Source of the DNA: Candidatus Limnocylindria bacterium
Lineage (GTDB): Bacteria > Chloroflexota > Limnocylindria > QHBO01
Assembly (NCBI GenBank): GCA_046713375.1
Contig: JBKKBV010000035.1
Location: 1-38,606 of the forward strand
Length of the DNA: 38,606 nt
Direction: 5' to 3'
The translations under genes and the position numbers were made by a program. The stretch's first letter is position 1; the number at the start of each line of letters is the position of its first letter. Below are positions 24,775-34,064 of the stretch, piece by piece. The notes beneath the pieces were generated by a model. That model worked only from the letters and a program-made list of their open reading frames with translations, had not been told where the DNA came from and ran no database searches.

Positions 24775-26177
24775 GCCGCGGCAGGGCCTGCCGGGTCGGC
24801 GCGATGCAGCCCCGCCCCTTCGTTCCGTCGCCACGAGGCGATTCCCAGTCCCAGCGTGACGAGTCCGAGGATGGCCATCACGACAGGGATCCCTGCCCCC
24901 TTGAAGGCGATGTTCACCACGTCGGCGGCAGCGGGCGCAACCAGAACCGGCAGGAAGGATGCAACCGACAGAAGGGTATTGAGGATGCCGAAGATGCGGC
25001 CCCTGACCTCCACCGGGAGGTCCTCCTGGAGGGCGGTCTGAGCTGGAATGGCGACGAAGGCGTACTCCACGCCGGCTGTGATGGCGATCACCACGACCAG
25101 GGCGATCAGCGAGAGGAGGGGGCTGAGCGCGGACGGCAGGTTGTTCTCGATCGGCGCCAGGGCGGGTGACACCAAGACGGTGATCGGCTTCACCAGCGCA
25201 AGCGCGATGAGGGTCACGCCCATCGCCACCAGGCCGACGTCGATGAGGAGCCGCCTCGGGATCTTGGCGCCATATGCGTTCAGCAGGAGGATTCCCAGCA
25301 CCGCGCCCATTCCGGCCGGACCCATCACGAAGAAGAAGTCCTGGGGCCGCAGCAACAGGATGTCGGTAGCGAAGCCAGGCCCGATGGCACCCATCACCGC
25401 GATCAGGCTGGCGGCGATCCCAAGGTAGGCCAGCGACCAGGCGATCGCCCGATGGCCGCGCACGAAGGCAATGCCCTCCTTGAGCTGGTCGAAGACCACG
25501 GTGAGCGCCTGCCCGGTCTCCTTCACACCGATCTCATCGTGCTTCTCGGGTGGGACGGCCGGCAGCGGCACGATCGCGAGGGCAGCGAGTCCGAACATGA
25601 CCGCCACCACGATGAACAGGGCATCCACCCCTGCGGTTGTCAGCAGGAGGGGGCCCAGGAAGCCAAAGCCGATGGCGAAGGTGGCGTTGATGGTCAGCAC
25701 AAAAGTCGAGTTGGCAGCCATCAGCTGCCGTCGATCGACGAGGCGCGGGATCGCCGTCAGCTCGGCCGGCACGAAGAACGCCGTCACGGTTGCGACCAGC
25801 AGGTTGATCAGGAAGATCAGCCCTACGTTGCTGCCGACCAGCAGGAAGAGGACGATCCCGCCGGCGCGCAGCAGGTTCGAGGCAAGCATGATCAGGCGGG
25901 CGTCGCTGCGTTCGACGAGTACCCCGGCGATGGCGCTGAAGGCGACCGCCGGCACCAGGAAGGTGAGGATCAGGACGGCGTTGGCCGTGTTCGACCGCGT
26001 TGCCAGCACCACGGTGGCCATGAGGCCGGCCAGCACCATGTTGCTGGCCAGCTGGCTGAGCACCTGGGCCACCCACAGCAGCACGAACGAACGATTCGCA
26101 AAGACCGAGCCCGAAGGCTCGGAGACCGGCAGGTCGGCCGGCAGCTCGACGTGTGGAGGGAGCTCGATGTGTGCCAT
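24771..26177 (-). CDS. MFS transporter (EntS/MFS_3-like)
   Basis: 468 aa with about 12 TM helices. The N-terminus FANRSFVLLWVAQVLSQLASNM is typical of this MFS subgroup. The start is ATG. Confidence 0.9.
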   Translation of the reverse strand: MAHIELPPHVELPADLPVSEPSGSVFANRSFVLLWVAQVLSQLASNMVLAGLMATVVLATRSNTANAVLILTFLVPAVAFSAIAGVLVERSDARLIMLASNLLRAGGIVLFLLVGSNVGLIFLINLLVATVTAFFVPAELTAIPRLVDRRQLMAANSTFVLTINATFAIGFGFLGPLLLTTAGVDALFIVVAVMFGLAALAIVPLPAVPPEKHDEIGVKETGQALTVVFDQLKEGIAFVRGHRAIAWSLAYLGIAASLIAVMGAIGPGFATDILLLRPQDFFFVMGPAGMGAVLGILLLNAYGAKIPRRLLIDVGLVAMGVTLIALALVKPITVLVSPALAPIENNLPSALSPLLSLIALVVVIAITAGVEYAFVAIPAQTALQEDLPVEVRGRIFGILNTLLSVASFLPVLVAPAAADVVNIAFKGAGIPVVMAILGLVTLGLGIASWRRNEGAGLHRADPAGPAAA

Positions 26178-26180
26178 CCG

Positions 26181-26387
26181 TCAGACGCTCGTCTGCGGGC
26201 CGCGTTCGAGGTGCGCGGTGAAGCGGCGCTCGACGTCGAGCCGGTCCATCAGGATCCGATGCCCGCAGCCCCCACAGACCAGCCCGATGTCCGCCCCGAT
26301 GCGCGTCACCCGCCACTCTCGGCTACCGCACGGGTGGGCCTTGCGCAGCTCGATCCGGTCGCCGATGCGCAGGTCGACCGCCGCCAT
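26181..26387 (-). CDS. DUF951 family protein
   Basis: 68 aa. The sequence GDRIELRKAHPCGSREWRVTRIGADIGLVCGGCGHRILMDR has the HPCGS..W...R.GADI...C..CG pattern of DUF951 (YyzM-like). It lies 2 nt after the pmbA stop and 3 nt before the MFS start. Confidence 0.85.
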   Translation of the reverse strand: MAAVDLRIGDRIELRKAHPCGSREWRVTRIGADIGLVCGGCGHRILMDRLDVERRFTAHLERGPQTSV

Positions 26388-26389
26388 CG

Positions 26390-27763
26390 CTAGCCCAGAG
26401 CCTCCGCGCCGGTGGCCCCGGTGAAGGCGAACTTCGCGAGCCGCAGCGCCGGCACCCGCGCGTTGATGCCGGAGTATTCAGCGGCGACGAGGCGGGTCTC
26501 GGAGCCGATCGCCTCGATAGCGCTGAACGCCTCGGGGATTGACTGCGAGAAGCGCAGGTTGCGGATCGGGCGCGTGATGCGCCCATCCTCGATCAGGAAC
26601 GTCCCGTCTTTCGTCATCCCGGTCAGGATGCCGCGCTTGGCGTGCACGATGTTGACGTAATGGAAGCGGGTCACCCACACGCCGCGCTCGATGCCGGACA
26701 GCATCAACTCCTTGGCGCTGGAGCCTGGAGACATGAACAGATTCCACGCCATCGGGCCGAAGGCATTCGGCGCCGGGAGCCCGTGACCGGTCGAGGCAAC
26801 GCCGGCGCGTGCCGCGGTGGCGGTGTCGTGGACCACTGCGTGTGCGATCCCGTCGCTGATCAGGTCGACGCGCTGCTTTGGGACTCCCTCGTAGTCAATC
26901 GCGGTGGGCAGCCCGAGCGGATCGAGGCCATCGTCCCAGATCGAAACGTTCGGCCCCATGATCTGCTGGCCGAGCTCCATGAACGAGCGCCCCTCCTCGA
27001 CGGCCAGGGCGGAGAAGCCCATCCAGGAGAGGTATTCGAGGATCGTCGCGACCGCGTACTCCTCGAGGATGACCGGGTACTCGCCGGGCTCGAGCTGAAC
27101 CGCATCGGCGCTGCGTGATGCCTTGTCGGCCGCCTCTTCGCCCACCGCCCCCGGGTCGAGTGCGCGCACATCCGGTCCGGTCGCCTGGGCATAGCCCGAC
27201 GCCCCGTTGCCGTCCATCATCACCGTCAGCAGCTTGGCCTGGGTGACGGTGTGGGTGTTGCGCATGCCGCGCGAGTTGGCAACGGCGAGGGTCGCCGTCT
27301 CGGTCGAGAAGGCTCCGCTGGATTCGAGGCGTGCCGCATCGCCGGCGGCGATGACCGCGCGAGCGCCCGCGGCGCGCAGCTCGGGATCGGCCCGAGCCGT
27401 GGCGGCCACGAAGCCCAGCCCATCGTCGGCGGTGGACGGACTGGGCTCGGCCAGCGGTGCGCCATGCGGGTTCGGGTTCGCCAGCGCCAACGTCGCCGAG
27501 GCACGGTCAACCGCCTCACGCAGCCCCTCACGGTCGAGCCGATTGGTGCTCGCCACTCCGGTGCGGGCATCATGCACCAGCCGGATGCGCAGCACGGCAT
27601 CGCGCTCGGCCACGTTCTGGTGGATTCGCGAGTTGGCGAAGCGGGTCAGGGCCGCGCTCCGCTCGGTGAAGATCGCCTCCGCTTCTGCGTCGATCGCCAG
27701 CGAGAGCGCATGGGTGAGCAGCGACTCGAGCGCTTCTGCATCCCAGCCACTGGGCTCTACCAT
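26390..27763 (-). CDS. pmbA: TldE/PmbA family metalloprotease partner subunit
   Basis: 457 aa with the TldD/PmbA fold pattern (..RFANSRIHQNV.., ..GVASTGHG..) and no HExxxH motif. It overlaps the upstream tldD gene by 7 nt. Confidence 0.88.
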   Translation of the reverse strand: MVEPSGWDAEALESLLTHALSLAIDAEAEAIFTERSAALTRFANSRIHQNVAERDAVLRIRLVHDARTGVASTNRLDREGLREAVDRASATLALANPNPHGAPLAEPSPSTADDGLGFVAATARADPELRAAGARAVIAAGDAARLESSGAFSTETATLAVANSRGMRNTHTVTQAKLLTVMMDGNGASGYAQATGPDVRALDPGAVGEEAADKASRSADAVQLEPGEYPVILEEYAVATILEYLSWMGFSALAVEEGRSFMELGQQIMGPNVSIWDDGLDPLGLPTAIDYEGVPKQRVDLISDGIAHAVVHDTATAARAGVASTGHGLPAPNAFGPMAWNLFMSPGSSAKELMLSGIERGVWVTRFHYVNIVHAKRGILTGMTKDGTFLIEDGRITRPIRNLRFSQSIPEAFSAIEAIGSETRLVAAEYSGINARVPALRLAKFAFTGATGAEALG

Positions 27764-29205
27764 CGGCCCACTCCGACTTCCACGCCGCGGAAGCGCGCCG
27801 GGGCGGCGCCATGGCCGACGCCATGGGTCTGCATCGGCTCACCCTTGCCGCAATTCGGGACGCCCCATAGGGTCCATTCAGATGGGCTGCAGATCGCGTC
27901 GCAGCTGCCCCAGAAGCGCGGCGTGATGCCGGTGTAGGTGGGGTTCTTGACCATCTGGGTCAGCCGGCCGTCCTTGATCAGCCAGCCCACCTCCGTCCCG
28001 AACTGGAAGTTGAGGCGTCGGTCATCGATGCTCCACGAATGATTGGTGCTCACGAAGAGACCCTCGGATGTGTCCGCGATGAGATCCTCGAGCGTGCCTG
28101 CCACGCCGGGCAGCAGGTTGACGTTGGTCATCCGGATCAACGGAATCACGTTCCAGCCGGAGGCACGACTGCTGCCCATGCTGCGTCGACCGATGATCGG
28201 CGCCGTCTCGCGGCTGGTCAGGTAGCCGACCAGGCGCCCGGCGCTCACGATCGGGACCTTCTGGGCGGCCACCCCTTCGTCGTCGAAGCCGAAGGTGCCG
28301 AGCCCGCCGGGCGCGGTCGCATCGGCCTCCATGTTCACGATCTCACTGCCGTACTGCAGGTGATCGAGCTTGTCGAGGGTCAGGAAGCTGGTGCCCGCGA
28401 AGCTGGCTTCCATACCGAGGACGCGATCCAGCTCGATCGGATGTCCGCAGGACTCATGCACCTGGAGCGCCAGCTGCGGTGAGTCGACGATCAGGGTTAT
28501 CTCGCCTGATGGGCACTGGGGAGCATCCAGCAGTGCGACCGCCTCCTCGGCGATGCGCTCGGCGTGGTCAGGCAGGTGCAGGTCGCGGATCGCCTCGAAG
28601 CCGCCGGTGACGTGCTGACCGCCCGCAGACTGCGGGTAGCTGCGGCGCTGGACCTCGTGCTCGTTGAAGGCCATCGCCTCGATTCCGGCCCCTGAATCAA
28701 CGATCTCCTGCTCGATGCGGGCGCCTTCGCTGGATGCGAAGGTCTTGCGCTCCCGACCGAACTCCATGCTGCTCGTTCGGAGCGTCACTCCCGCGACCTT
28801 GCCCATGATCGCATCGGCCTCGAACATCAGGCGCAGCTTCTCGTCGAGGGGCACGCCGAACGGGTCCTCCCGATACGGGGTGCGGTAGACCGCGACGGCC
28901 GGCGGCGAGTCGTCGAGCACGATCGGCTCACGCGTGGCCAGGCCGCTGGCCCGCGCGATATCCACCGCCTCGCGGGCCGTTCGTTCCACTTCGGCCTTCT
29001 CCAACCGCGAGCTGCCGGCAAATCCCCAAGCCCCGTCGACCAGGACCCGGACACCGAACCCCGCCGACCGGTTGGAGCTCGCCTCGGCGAGATCACCGTT
29101 CTTGACGGTCAGCGACTCCGTCGCCCGCTCGACGATGCGAATGTCGGCATAGCCCGCGCCGGCTGTACGCGTCACGTCGAGGGCCAGGTCCATCAGCTCC
29201 TGCAT
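27757..29205 (-). CDS. tldD: TldD family metalloprotease
   Basis: It starts at MQELMDLALDV (ATG, complement of 29203-29205, with GAGGAG upstream). It has the catalytic motif HESCGHPIELD (HExxxH) and typical TldD blocks (YADIRIV, GFGVRVLVDGAWGFA). Product length is 482 aa. Confidence 0.92.
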   Translation of the reverse strand: MQELMDLALDVTRTAGAGYADIRIVERATESLTVKNGDLAEASSNRSAGFGVRVLVDGAWGFAGSSRLEKAEVERTAREAVDIARASGLATREPIVLDDSPPAVAVYRTPYREDPFGVPLDEKLRLMFEADAIMGKVAGVTLRTSSMEFGRERKTFASSEGARIEQEIVDSGAGIEAMAFNEHEVQRRSYPQSAGGQHVTGGFEAIRDLHLPDHAERIAEEAVALLDAPQCPSGEITLIVDSPQLALQVHESCGHPIELDRVLGMEASFAGTSFLTLDKLDHLQYGSEIVNMEADATAPGGLGTFGFDDEGVAAQKVPIVSAGRLVGYLTSRETAPIIGRRSMGSSRASGWNVIPLIRMTNVNLLPGVAGTLEDLIADTSEGLFVSTNHSWSIDDRRLNFQFGTEVGWLIKDGRLTQMVKNPTYTGITPRFWGSCDAICSPSEWTLWGVPNCGKGEPMQTHGVGHGAAPARFRGVEVGVGRW

Positions 29206-29212
29206 GGTCTCC

Positions 29213-29884
29213 TCATTCGATCGGCTTGCCGACCACCGGCTGCAACGAGAGCGTTGTCGCCGGCAGCGCCAGCGACTCCGCCTGCCGTATCTGGATGGTT
29301 GCCTTGATGAACAGCTCCAGCTGGGAAATGATCCCACCTGGGCGCTCGATCGCGCCAAGCAGCCCGTCCGGCGACCCGACCGCGCGCAAGGTGAACCGCT
29401 CCCCAACCTCGACCCCGTCGAGCTCGATCGCGCGCGGACCTTCGATCGCCACCGAGCGGGCCGTGATCCGCACGCCATCGACCGCGATCGCCTCGGCGCC
29501 CGCGTTGCGAAGCTCGTTGACCAGGTCGTTCAGCGCGATCGCATCAAGGTTGCCGTCGACATCCATCACGATCCCCTGCCCGTCGACGGCAGCCAGTCCG
29601 CCGAAGGCGGTGATGCGTCGAAGATCCTCGCGGCTGACCTGGAGGGCGCTCTCGCCCTGGGGACCGGAGACTTCGTACTGGCGCAGCTGCTCGCGGATGT
29701 CGGCCAGGCCGGCGCGCAGCTCGCGGTTGCGGGCCGTGAGGGTCTCGATCAGGGTCGAAAGCTCGGGCGCTGACAGGCGGCTGATCTCGATCGGGCGCGC
29801 CTGGGAGTTCAGCTGACCCACTCCGAGCAGCCCGATCAGCATCGCCACTGCAAAGAGGCTCGCCCGCGCAGTGCGACTCTTCAC
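29213..29884 (-). CDS. DUF881 domain protein (membrane-anchored, division/envelope-associated family)
   Basis: It has a GTG start, an N-terminal TM helix (ASLFAVAMLIGLLGVG), a coiled-coil segment, then GQGIVMDVD..DLVNELRNAGAEAIAVDGVRI, which is the DUF881 signature. Confidence 0.85.
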   Translation of the reverse strand: MKSRTARASLFAVAMLIGLLGVGQLNSQARPIEISRLSAPELSTLIETLTARNRELRAGLADIREQLRQYEVSGPQGESALQVSREDLRRITAFGGLAAVDGQGIVMDVDGNLDAIALNDLVNELRNAGAEAIAVDGVRITARSVAIEGPRAIELDGVEVGERFTLRAVGSPDGLLGAIERPGGIISQLELFIKATIQIRQAESLALPATTLSLQPVVGKPIE

Positions 29885-30636
29885 TAGGGCGCCTCTTCGG
29901 CCGGGACGGCCCAGCGGAATCGGGTGTTGCCGACGAAGGCTCGCAATTCAACCGCATCCGCGGTCTGGCTCGCGAACTCGAGCCCGAACACGTCGATGCG
30001 CTGAGCGACGCGACCAAGGAAGGCGGGGCTCGTGTTGAAACGGTCGAGCAGGCCCTCCAAACCGATCGCCTGGATGCGGAATGGCGGCGAGAGGAACGCG
30101 GTGTTGACGAGCACCGATGCACCCACCCCATAGATCGACGAGGTGGCCACCAGCCGTTCGCCGTTGATCGCGATCGCCTCGGCACCGGATGCCCAGAGCG
30201 CGGCCACGATGTCGCGCAGGTCGTCCACCAGCACGATGTAGTTGCCAGGGTTCTCGCCCTCGGGGATCACGCGCTTGGAGTCGGCGATCTCGATCACCAG
30301 GCCGGGGCCCCGCAGCGGCGTCAGACCCGTGGCCAGGCGCGCGGCCTCGAGGCGCCGATTCACCTCAGCCAGGGTCGATGACGAGGTAGTGGAAGCCTGT
30401 TGGAACTCGAGCACCTGGGCCTCGGACGTGGCCAACTGGCCACGAAGCTCCTCCTGCTCGTCCTCGAGCTTCGAGACCTGGTCCGCGAGCACCTGCTGGA
30501 CCGAGGTGGCGAACTGGGTCCTCTCGGGCGATCCGTTCCACTGGGCGTAACCGACGAAGCCGATCACCGCCAGCGCCCCGGCGATGCTGACCGCCCATTG
30601 TGGGCTGACCAGCAGCCGCCTGCGACGGATGCTCAT
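29884..30636 (-). CDS. DUF881 domain protein (second paralogue)
   Basis: It starts at MSIRRRRLL, with an ATGA overlap with the upstream peptidase gene at 30633-30636. It has a TM helix, a coiled coil, then GPGLVIEIAD..DLRDIVAALWASGAEAIAINGERL. Confidence 0.85.
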   Translation of the reverse strand: MSIRRRRLLVSPQWAVSIAGALAVIGFVGYAQWNGSPERTQFATSVQQVLADQVSKLEDEQEELRGQLATSEAQVLEFQQASTTSSSTLAEVNRRLEAARLATGLTPLRGPGLVIEIADSKRVIPEGENPGNYIVLVDDLRDIVAALWASGAEAIAINGERLVATSSIYGVGASVLVNTAFLSPPFRIQAIGLEGLLDRFNTSPAFLGRVAQRIDVFGLEFASQTADAVELRAFVGNTRFRWAVPAEEAP

Positions 30637-31943
30637 GGCGCCGCGCGAAGCCGCCGCCGTGCGCCGAGGGCCACCACCACCCCCACCGCGAGACCCGCGA
30701 GGACGACGGCCGGGATCCATCCAGCGTCGCCACTCGAATCCGCGGGCTTCTGCGCGGGCGAGGCTGACGGGGCGGCGCTCTCCCCGGCGGGGGCGGGGGC
30801 GTCTGGCTGAGGCGGCTTGTCGACGTTCGACGGCAGGATCGGTGCGGGCTCCACGGCCGTCGGGGCCGGGACACCAAACGACCCGAAGTAGGCGTCATAC
30901 AGCTGCTCGACGGGGATCCCGGTCCCCGCTTCGAGCGCCTCGGCGTCGCCCGCACCGTCCCGCCACGCGGCGGCTATGGCAGCGATCGCCCCTTGGCCGT
31001 ACGTGTCAATGATCATCGCGACCATCGTGGCACCCTCGTCGTACGCGAGGCGGGCCACGTCAGCGCCGATCGGGAAGGACTCACTGATGCCATCGAAGGC
31101 AAGCAGAGTGCCCGCATCGGCTGCGGATCGGACGGAACCTTCATGCCCGCTGGCCGATTGCTCCTCGGACCATACCGCCACGCCCTCGTTGAACCACTTG
31201 GCCGGCTCGTGGAACGGGTTTGCTGTCGCGTCCTCGAACACGACGTGCGTCACCTCGTGCGTCATCGTCGTCTCGAGGTAGTTACTCGAACCACCTCTCA
31301 GGTACATGAAGATCGTGCGCAGGCCCGGGAAGGTCGCCGCACCGGTCCACTCACGAGCACCAGGTCCCAGGGCGCCGAAGAAGTCGCCTTCGGAGTCGTA
31401 GACGAAGATGTCGATCGGGCCGGCCAGGTCATGACCGAGGAGCGTCTCCGCCGCCGCCGCAGCATTCGCGGAGACGGCGCCAAAATGGCGAGCCTGCGCC
31501 TCGGCACCGCCGTACCAGTGCAGCGTCGTGGCGCCGATGCGAGCGGTTTGCCAATCAATACCCGGTCGATCGTCGTCATGGAGCAGGGTCCTCTCGGGGC
31601 TGAGGGTCACCTGCTCGCCGCTCGTTGCACGCCATCGATAGGCGATTGAGGTGTTCGGCGTGATGTGCCGGTCGGCTGTATCCCAGACGTATTCCGCGCT
31701 CGACGAGCCAGGCTCAACCGGCGCGACGACCGTCGAGTCGTCGCCCGCGAAGCGCAGCAGGAGCTCGAGCTGGTCGGGCGGGCCACCGGGCAGCTGGACG
31801 GCGAAGCGCATCGGCCCCCCGTAGGTCGCGCTCGCGGTCATGGAGCCAAAGCCGCTGAATGCCGCGGTCGGAGGGGCCAGCGCGATCGTCAGGGCCAGCA
31901 CCATCGCCGCCAGCCGGGCGCCCCGTCGCACTACTGCTCCCAC
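30633..31943 (-). CDS. Secreted MA-clan zinc metallopeptidase (peptidase_MA_2-like) with a Pro-rich linker and C-terminal TM anchor
   Basis: It has a signal peptide with a GTG start (MGAVVRRGARLAAMVLALTIALAPPTAAFS). The zinc site is HEVTHVV (HExxH) with a downstream NEGVAVW. The C-terminus is PPQPDAPAPAGESAAPSASP followed by the TM helix IPAVVLAGLAVGVVVALG and RRR. Confidence 0.85.
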   Translation of the reverse strand: MGAVVRRGARLAAMVLALTIALAPPTAAFSGFGSMTASATYGGPMRFAVQLPGGPPDQLELLLRFAGDDSTVVAPVEPGSSSAEYVWDTADRHITPNTSIAYRWRATSGEQVTLSPERTLLHDDDRPGIDWQTARIGATTLHWYGGAEAQARHFGAVSANAAAAAETLLGHDLAGPIDIFVYDSEGDFFGALGPGAREWTGAATFPGLRTIFMYLRGGSSNYLETTMTHEVTHVVFEDATANPFHEPAKWFNEGVAVWSEEQSASGHEGSVRSAADAGTLLAFDGISESFPIGADVARLAYDEGATMVAMIIDTYGQGAIAAIAAAWRDGAGDAEALEAGTGIPVEQLYDAYFGSFGVPAPTAVEPAPILPSNVDKPPQPDAPAPAGESAAPSASPAQKPADSSGDAGWIPAVVLAGLAVGVVVALGARRRLRAAP

Positions 31944-33505
31944 GACACCCTCCCAAGGTCAAGCAGCCCTGTCGTCAGGTTGCCCAGCCCGCGCAGGCCC
32001 GGCCGCACCAGCCACCAGCCGGCGCCATAGGCCCATGGGATCACGGGCGCCTCGCTGTCTACCCGGTCGTCCACCGCTCGGTAGGCCTGCGCCTGGTCTG
32101 CCTCGCTCTCCGCGCCGGATGCGGCCTCCAGCAGCCGCACGAACTCAGCATCGTCCCAGTGGCCGTAGTTGCTCGTGGCATCCGGCAGCAGAAGGAGGCT
32201 GTACAGCGCGTACGGCGATGGATAGTCGGCAATCCAGTTGATGGTGAAGACCTGGGTTGGATCGACGACCAACGCCTTCAGGTAGTCGCTGAACTCCATC
32301 GTCTCAACCGCGATCTCCACGCCCAATTCCTGCTCCCAGATCGTGACGGCCGGTCCGACACCCAGGCCGGAGCCGTTCACCGTGATGGTGCCGAGGCGAG
32401 TCCGATCCTCGTATCCAGCCGCATCGAGGAGGCGGCGCGCCTCATCGAGATCGGTCACGTGGTCGTCCTCGAGCCCGTCCGGCCAAAGCGCCGGCGGCAC
32501 CACGCTCGAGGCCGGCGTGCCGCTGCTCCCCTCGGCGTTGGTCACCAGTCGCGGCCGATCCAGGGCGAGGGCGAAGGCTCGCCGCACCCTGGCGTCGCCG
32601 AAAGGCGGCCGGGTGGTGTCGAAGCCGAAGTACTGGATGCCAAGCGCCGCCGAATGGTGCAGCGACGGCCCGAGATCGCGGTCATAGGCGATCCAGCCTG
32701 CGTCGTGCGCACCGACACTGGCAAGGTCGACCTCATCGTTTGCGAAGGCGGTGGCTGAGTCCCCCGTCAGGTCGGTGACCCAGCGGATCTCGGTGATCGG
32801 CGGTGGGCCGGCGACGTATCGATCGTTGGCACGGAGGATCAGATCGGTCCCATCGGTCCCGCGAGCGACGTACGGGCCGGAGCCGATGGCGCTGTCAATC
32901 GACTGCCAGCTGTCGTCGGTGCCGGTTGCCGTGCGCGGGACGACAAACGCTGTCGGAGTCGCCGTGATCGCGGTGAAGTAGGCTGCGGCGTGCTTTAGCC
33001 GGACGGTCAGCGTCCGAGCGTCCGGTGCGTCGATGCCCACGCCGTCCTCCGAGCCACCGGCAAGGCGCTCTGCGGCACCCTCGATGACGCTGAGCACGTC
33101 CGGCGCACTCGACCGTGTGTCGGGATCCAGGATCCGGAGCCACGAACGACGCACGTCGGTGGCATCCAGCGGACTGCCATCGCTGAAGGTCAGCCCGGAT
33201 CGCATGCGGAACGTGTAGGTGCGACCGTCAACGCTCAGCGACCACGTCTCCGCGAGCGAGGCGTAGGGCTTGCCGTCCTCGTCGAGACGTGTCAGTCCCG
33301 CGTACAGCTGCAGCAGGAACTGCACATCTCCAGCACTGCCGATGAAGGCCGGGTCGAGCGTGGCGGGCTCGCTCCCGACATACCGCAATGCCGTTTCGGC
33401 TGCGGAGGCGGGATGCGCCGGCAGCGACGAGGTGAAGGCCAGGAGGATGGCTGCAAGGCCCGCGAAGAGGCGCGGCAGCCGGCCCCGCGAGGTCAGGCGG
33501 CGCAT
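31931..33505 (-). CDS. ABC-transporter substrate-binding protein, family 5 (peptide/nickel type)
   Basis: It starts at MRRLTSRGRLPRLFAGLAAILLAF. The mature part ..LRYVGSEPATLDPA..LYAGLTRLDEDGKPYASLAETWSLSVDGRTYTFRMRSGLTFSDGSPLDATDV is a typical SBP_bac_5 sequence. No permease or ATPase genes are adjacent. Confidence 0.9.
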   Translation of the reverse strand: MRRLTSRGRLPRLFAGLAAILLAFTSSLPAHPASAAETALRYVGSEPATLDPAFIGSAGDVQFLLQLYAGLTRLDEDGKPYASLAETWSLSVDGRTYTFRMRSGLTFSDGSPLDATDVRRSWLRILDPDTRSSAPDVLSVIEGAAERLAGGSEDGVGIDAPDARTLTVRLKHAAAYFTAITATPTAFVVPRTATGTDDSWQSIDSAIGSGPYVARGTDGTDLILRANDRYVAGPPPITEIRWVTDLTGDSATAFANDEVDLASVGAHDAGWIAYDRDLGPSLHHSAALGIQYFGFDTTRPPFGDARVRRAFALALDRPRLVTNAEGSSGTPASSVVPPALWPDGLEDDHVTDLDEARRLLDAAGYEDRTRLGTITVNGSGLGVGPAVTIWEQELGVEIAVETMEFSDYLKALVVDPTQVFTINWIADYPSPYALYSLLLLPDATSNYGHWDDAEFVRLLEAASGAESEADQAQAYRAVDDRVDSEAPVIPWAYGAGWWLVRPGLRGLGNLTTGLLDLGRVSWEQ

Positions 33506-33527
33506 GCGGCGGCTAGTATACGGGCCC

Positions 33528-34064
33528 GTGCAGCCGACCCATGACCACCGCTTTCGGCCGCAGCCCGCGGGCAGCCTCACCCTCAGACAGTTCATCGAGT
33601 CGCTTCGGCGATGGACACCCGAGATGCGGCAGGTTGCGCAGATCGCACTTACGCGCTCCGAGACCGAGCGGCAGCAGTACCTCCAGGCCTTCCACGTGCG
33701 CCACCACGACCGCCAGCCGGCGGCGATCGACTCGTTCGTACGCTGGGCGTACTCAGACCCTCGGCTCGACCACGTCCCGGCGCTGCTCGCCGAGATCGAA
33801 CGGACCGAGGCCGAGTACGAGGGCGCGCTCGATCACGAGGCCGATGTGCTGGTACGCACCCGCGCTCACGGCAAGACCCCCGCACAGCGCGTGCACGATT
33901 ACCTCGCCCTGCTCGGGATGGAGGGGAGCGAGCCGGTGCGGGCCGCTATCGCGAGCCTGCTGCCGCCCGGCACCCCGGACGCCGCCGTGATCGCGACCGT
34001 GCGCCAGATGCGGCGACGCTGGCTGGAGCTCTTCGGCGACGATCCGTTCTTCGCCGAGGAATAA
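33528..34064 (+). CDS. Hypothetical helical protein
   Basis: Only the 3' part of tracked ORF 33270-34064 is non-antisense. Candidate starts are GTG at 33528 and ATG at 33624 (MRQVAQIALTR). I recognise no family. Confidence 0.5.
   Translation: MQPTHDHRFRPQPAGSLTLRQFIESLRRWTPEMRQVAQIALTRSETERQQYLQAFHVRHHDRQPAAIDSFVRWAYSDPRLDHVPALLAEIERTEAEYEGALDHEADVLVRTRAHGKTPAQRVHDYLALLGMEGSEPVRAAIASLLPPGTPDAAVIATVRQMRRRWLELFGDDPFFAEE

Noticed and set aside
26181-26387. The 68-aa Cys-containing ORF next to TldD/PmbA, considered as a possible RiPP precursor
   Set aside because: Its sequence matches the widespread DUF951 zinc-ribbon-like family (HPCGS..W..R.GADI..C..CG), and no modification enzymes are adjacent.
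25452-26424. Two plus-strand ORFs of about 315 aa opposite the MFS gene
   Set aside because: They are antisense to a clear 12-TM MFS transporter, and their products are charged low-complexity sequence.
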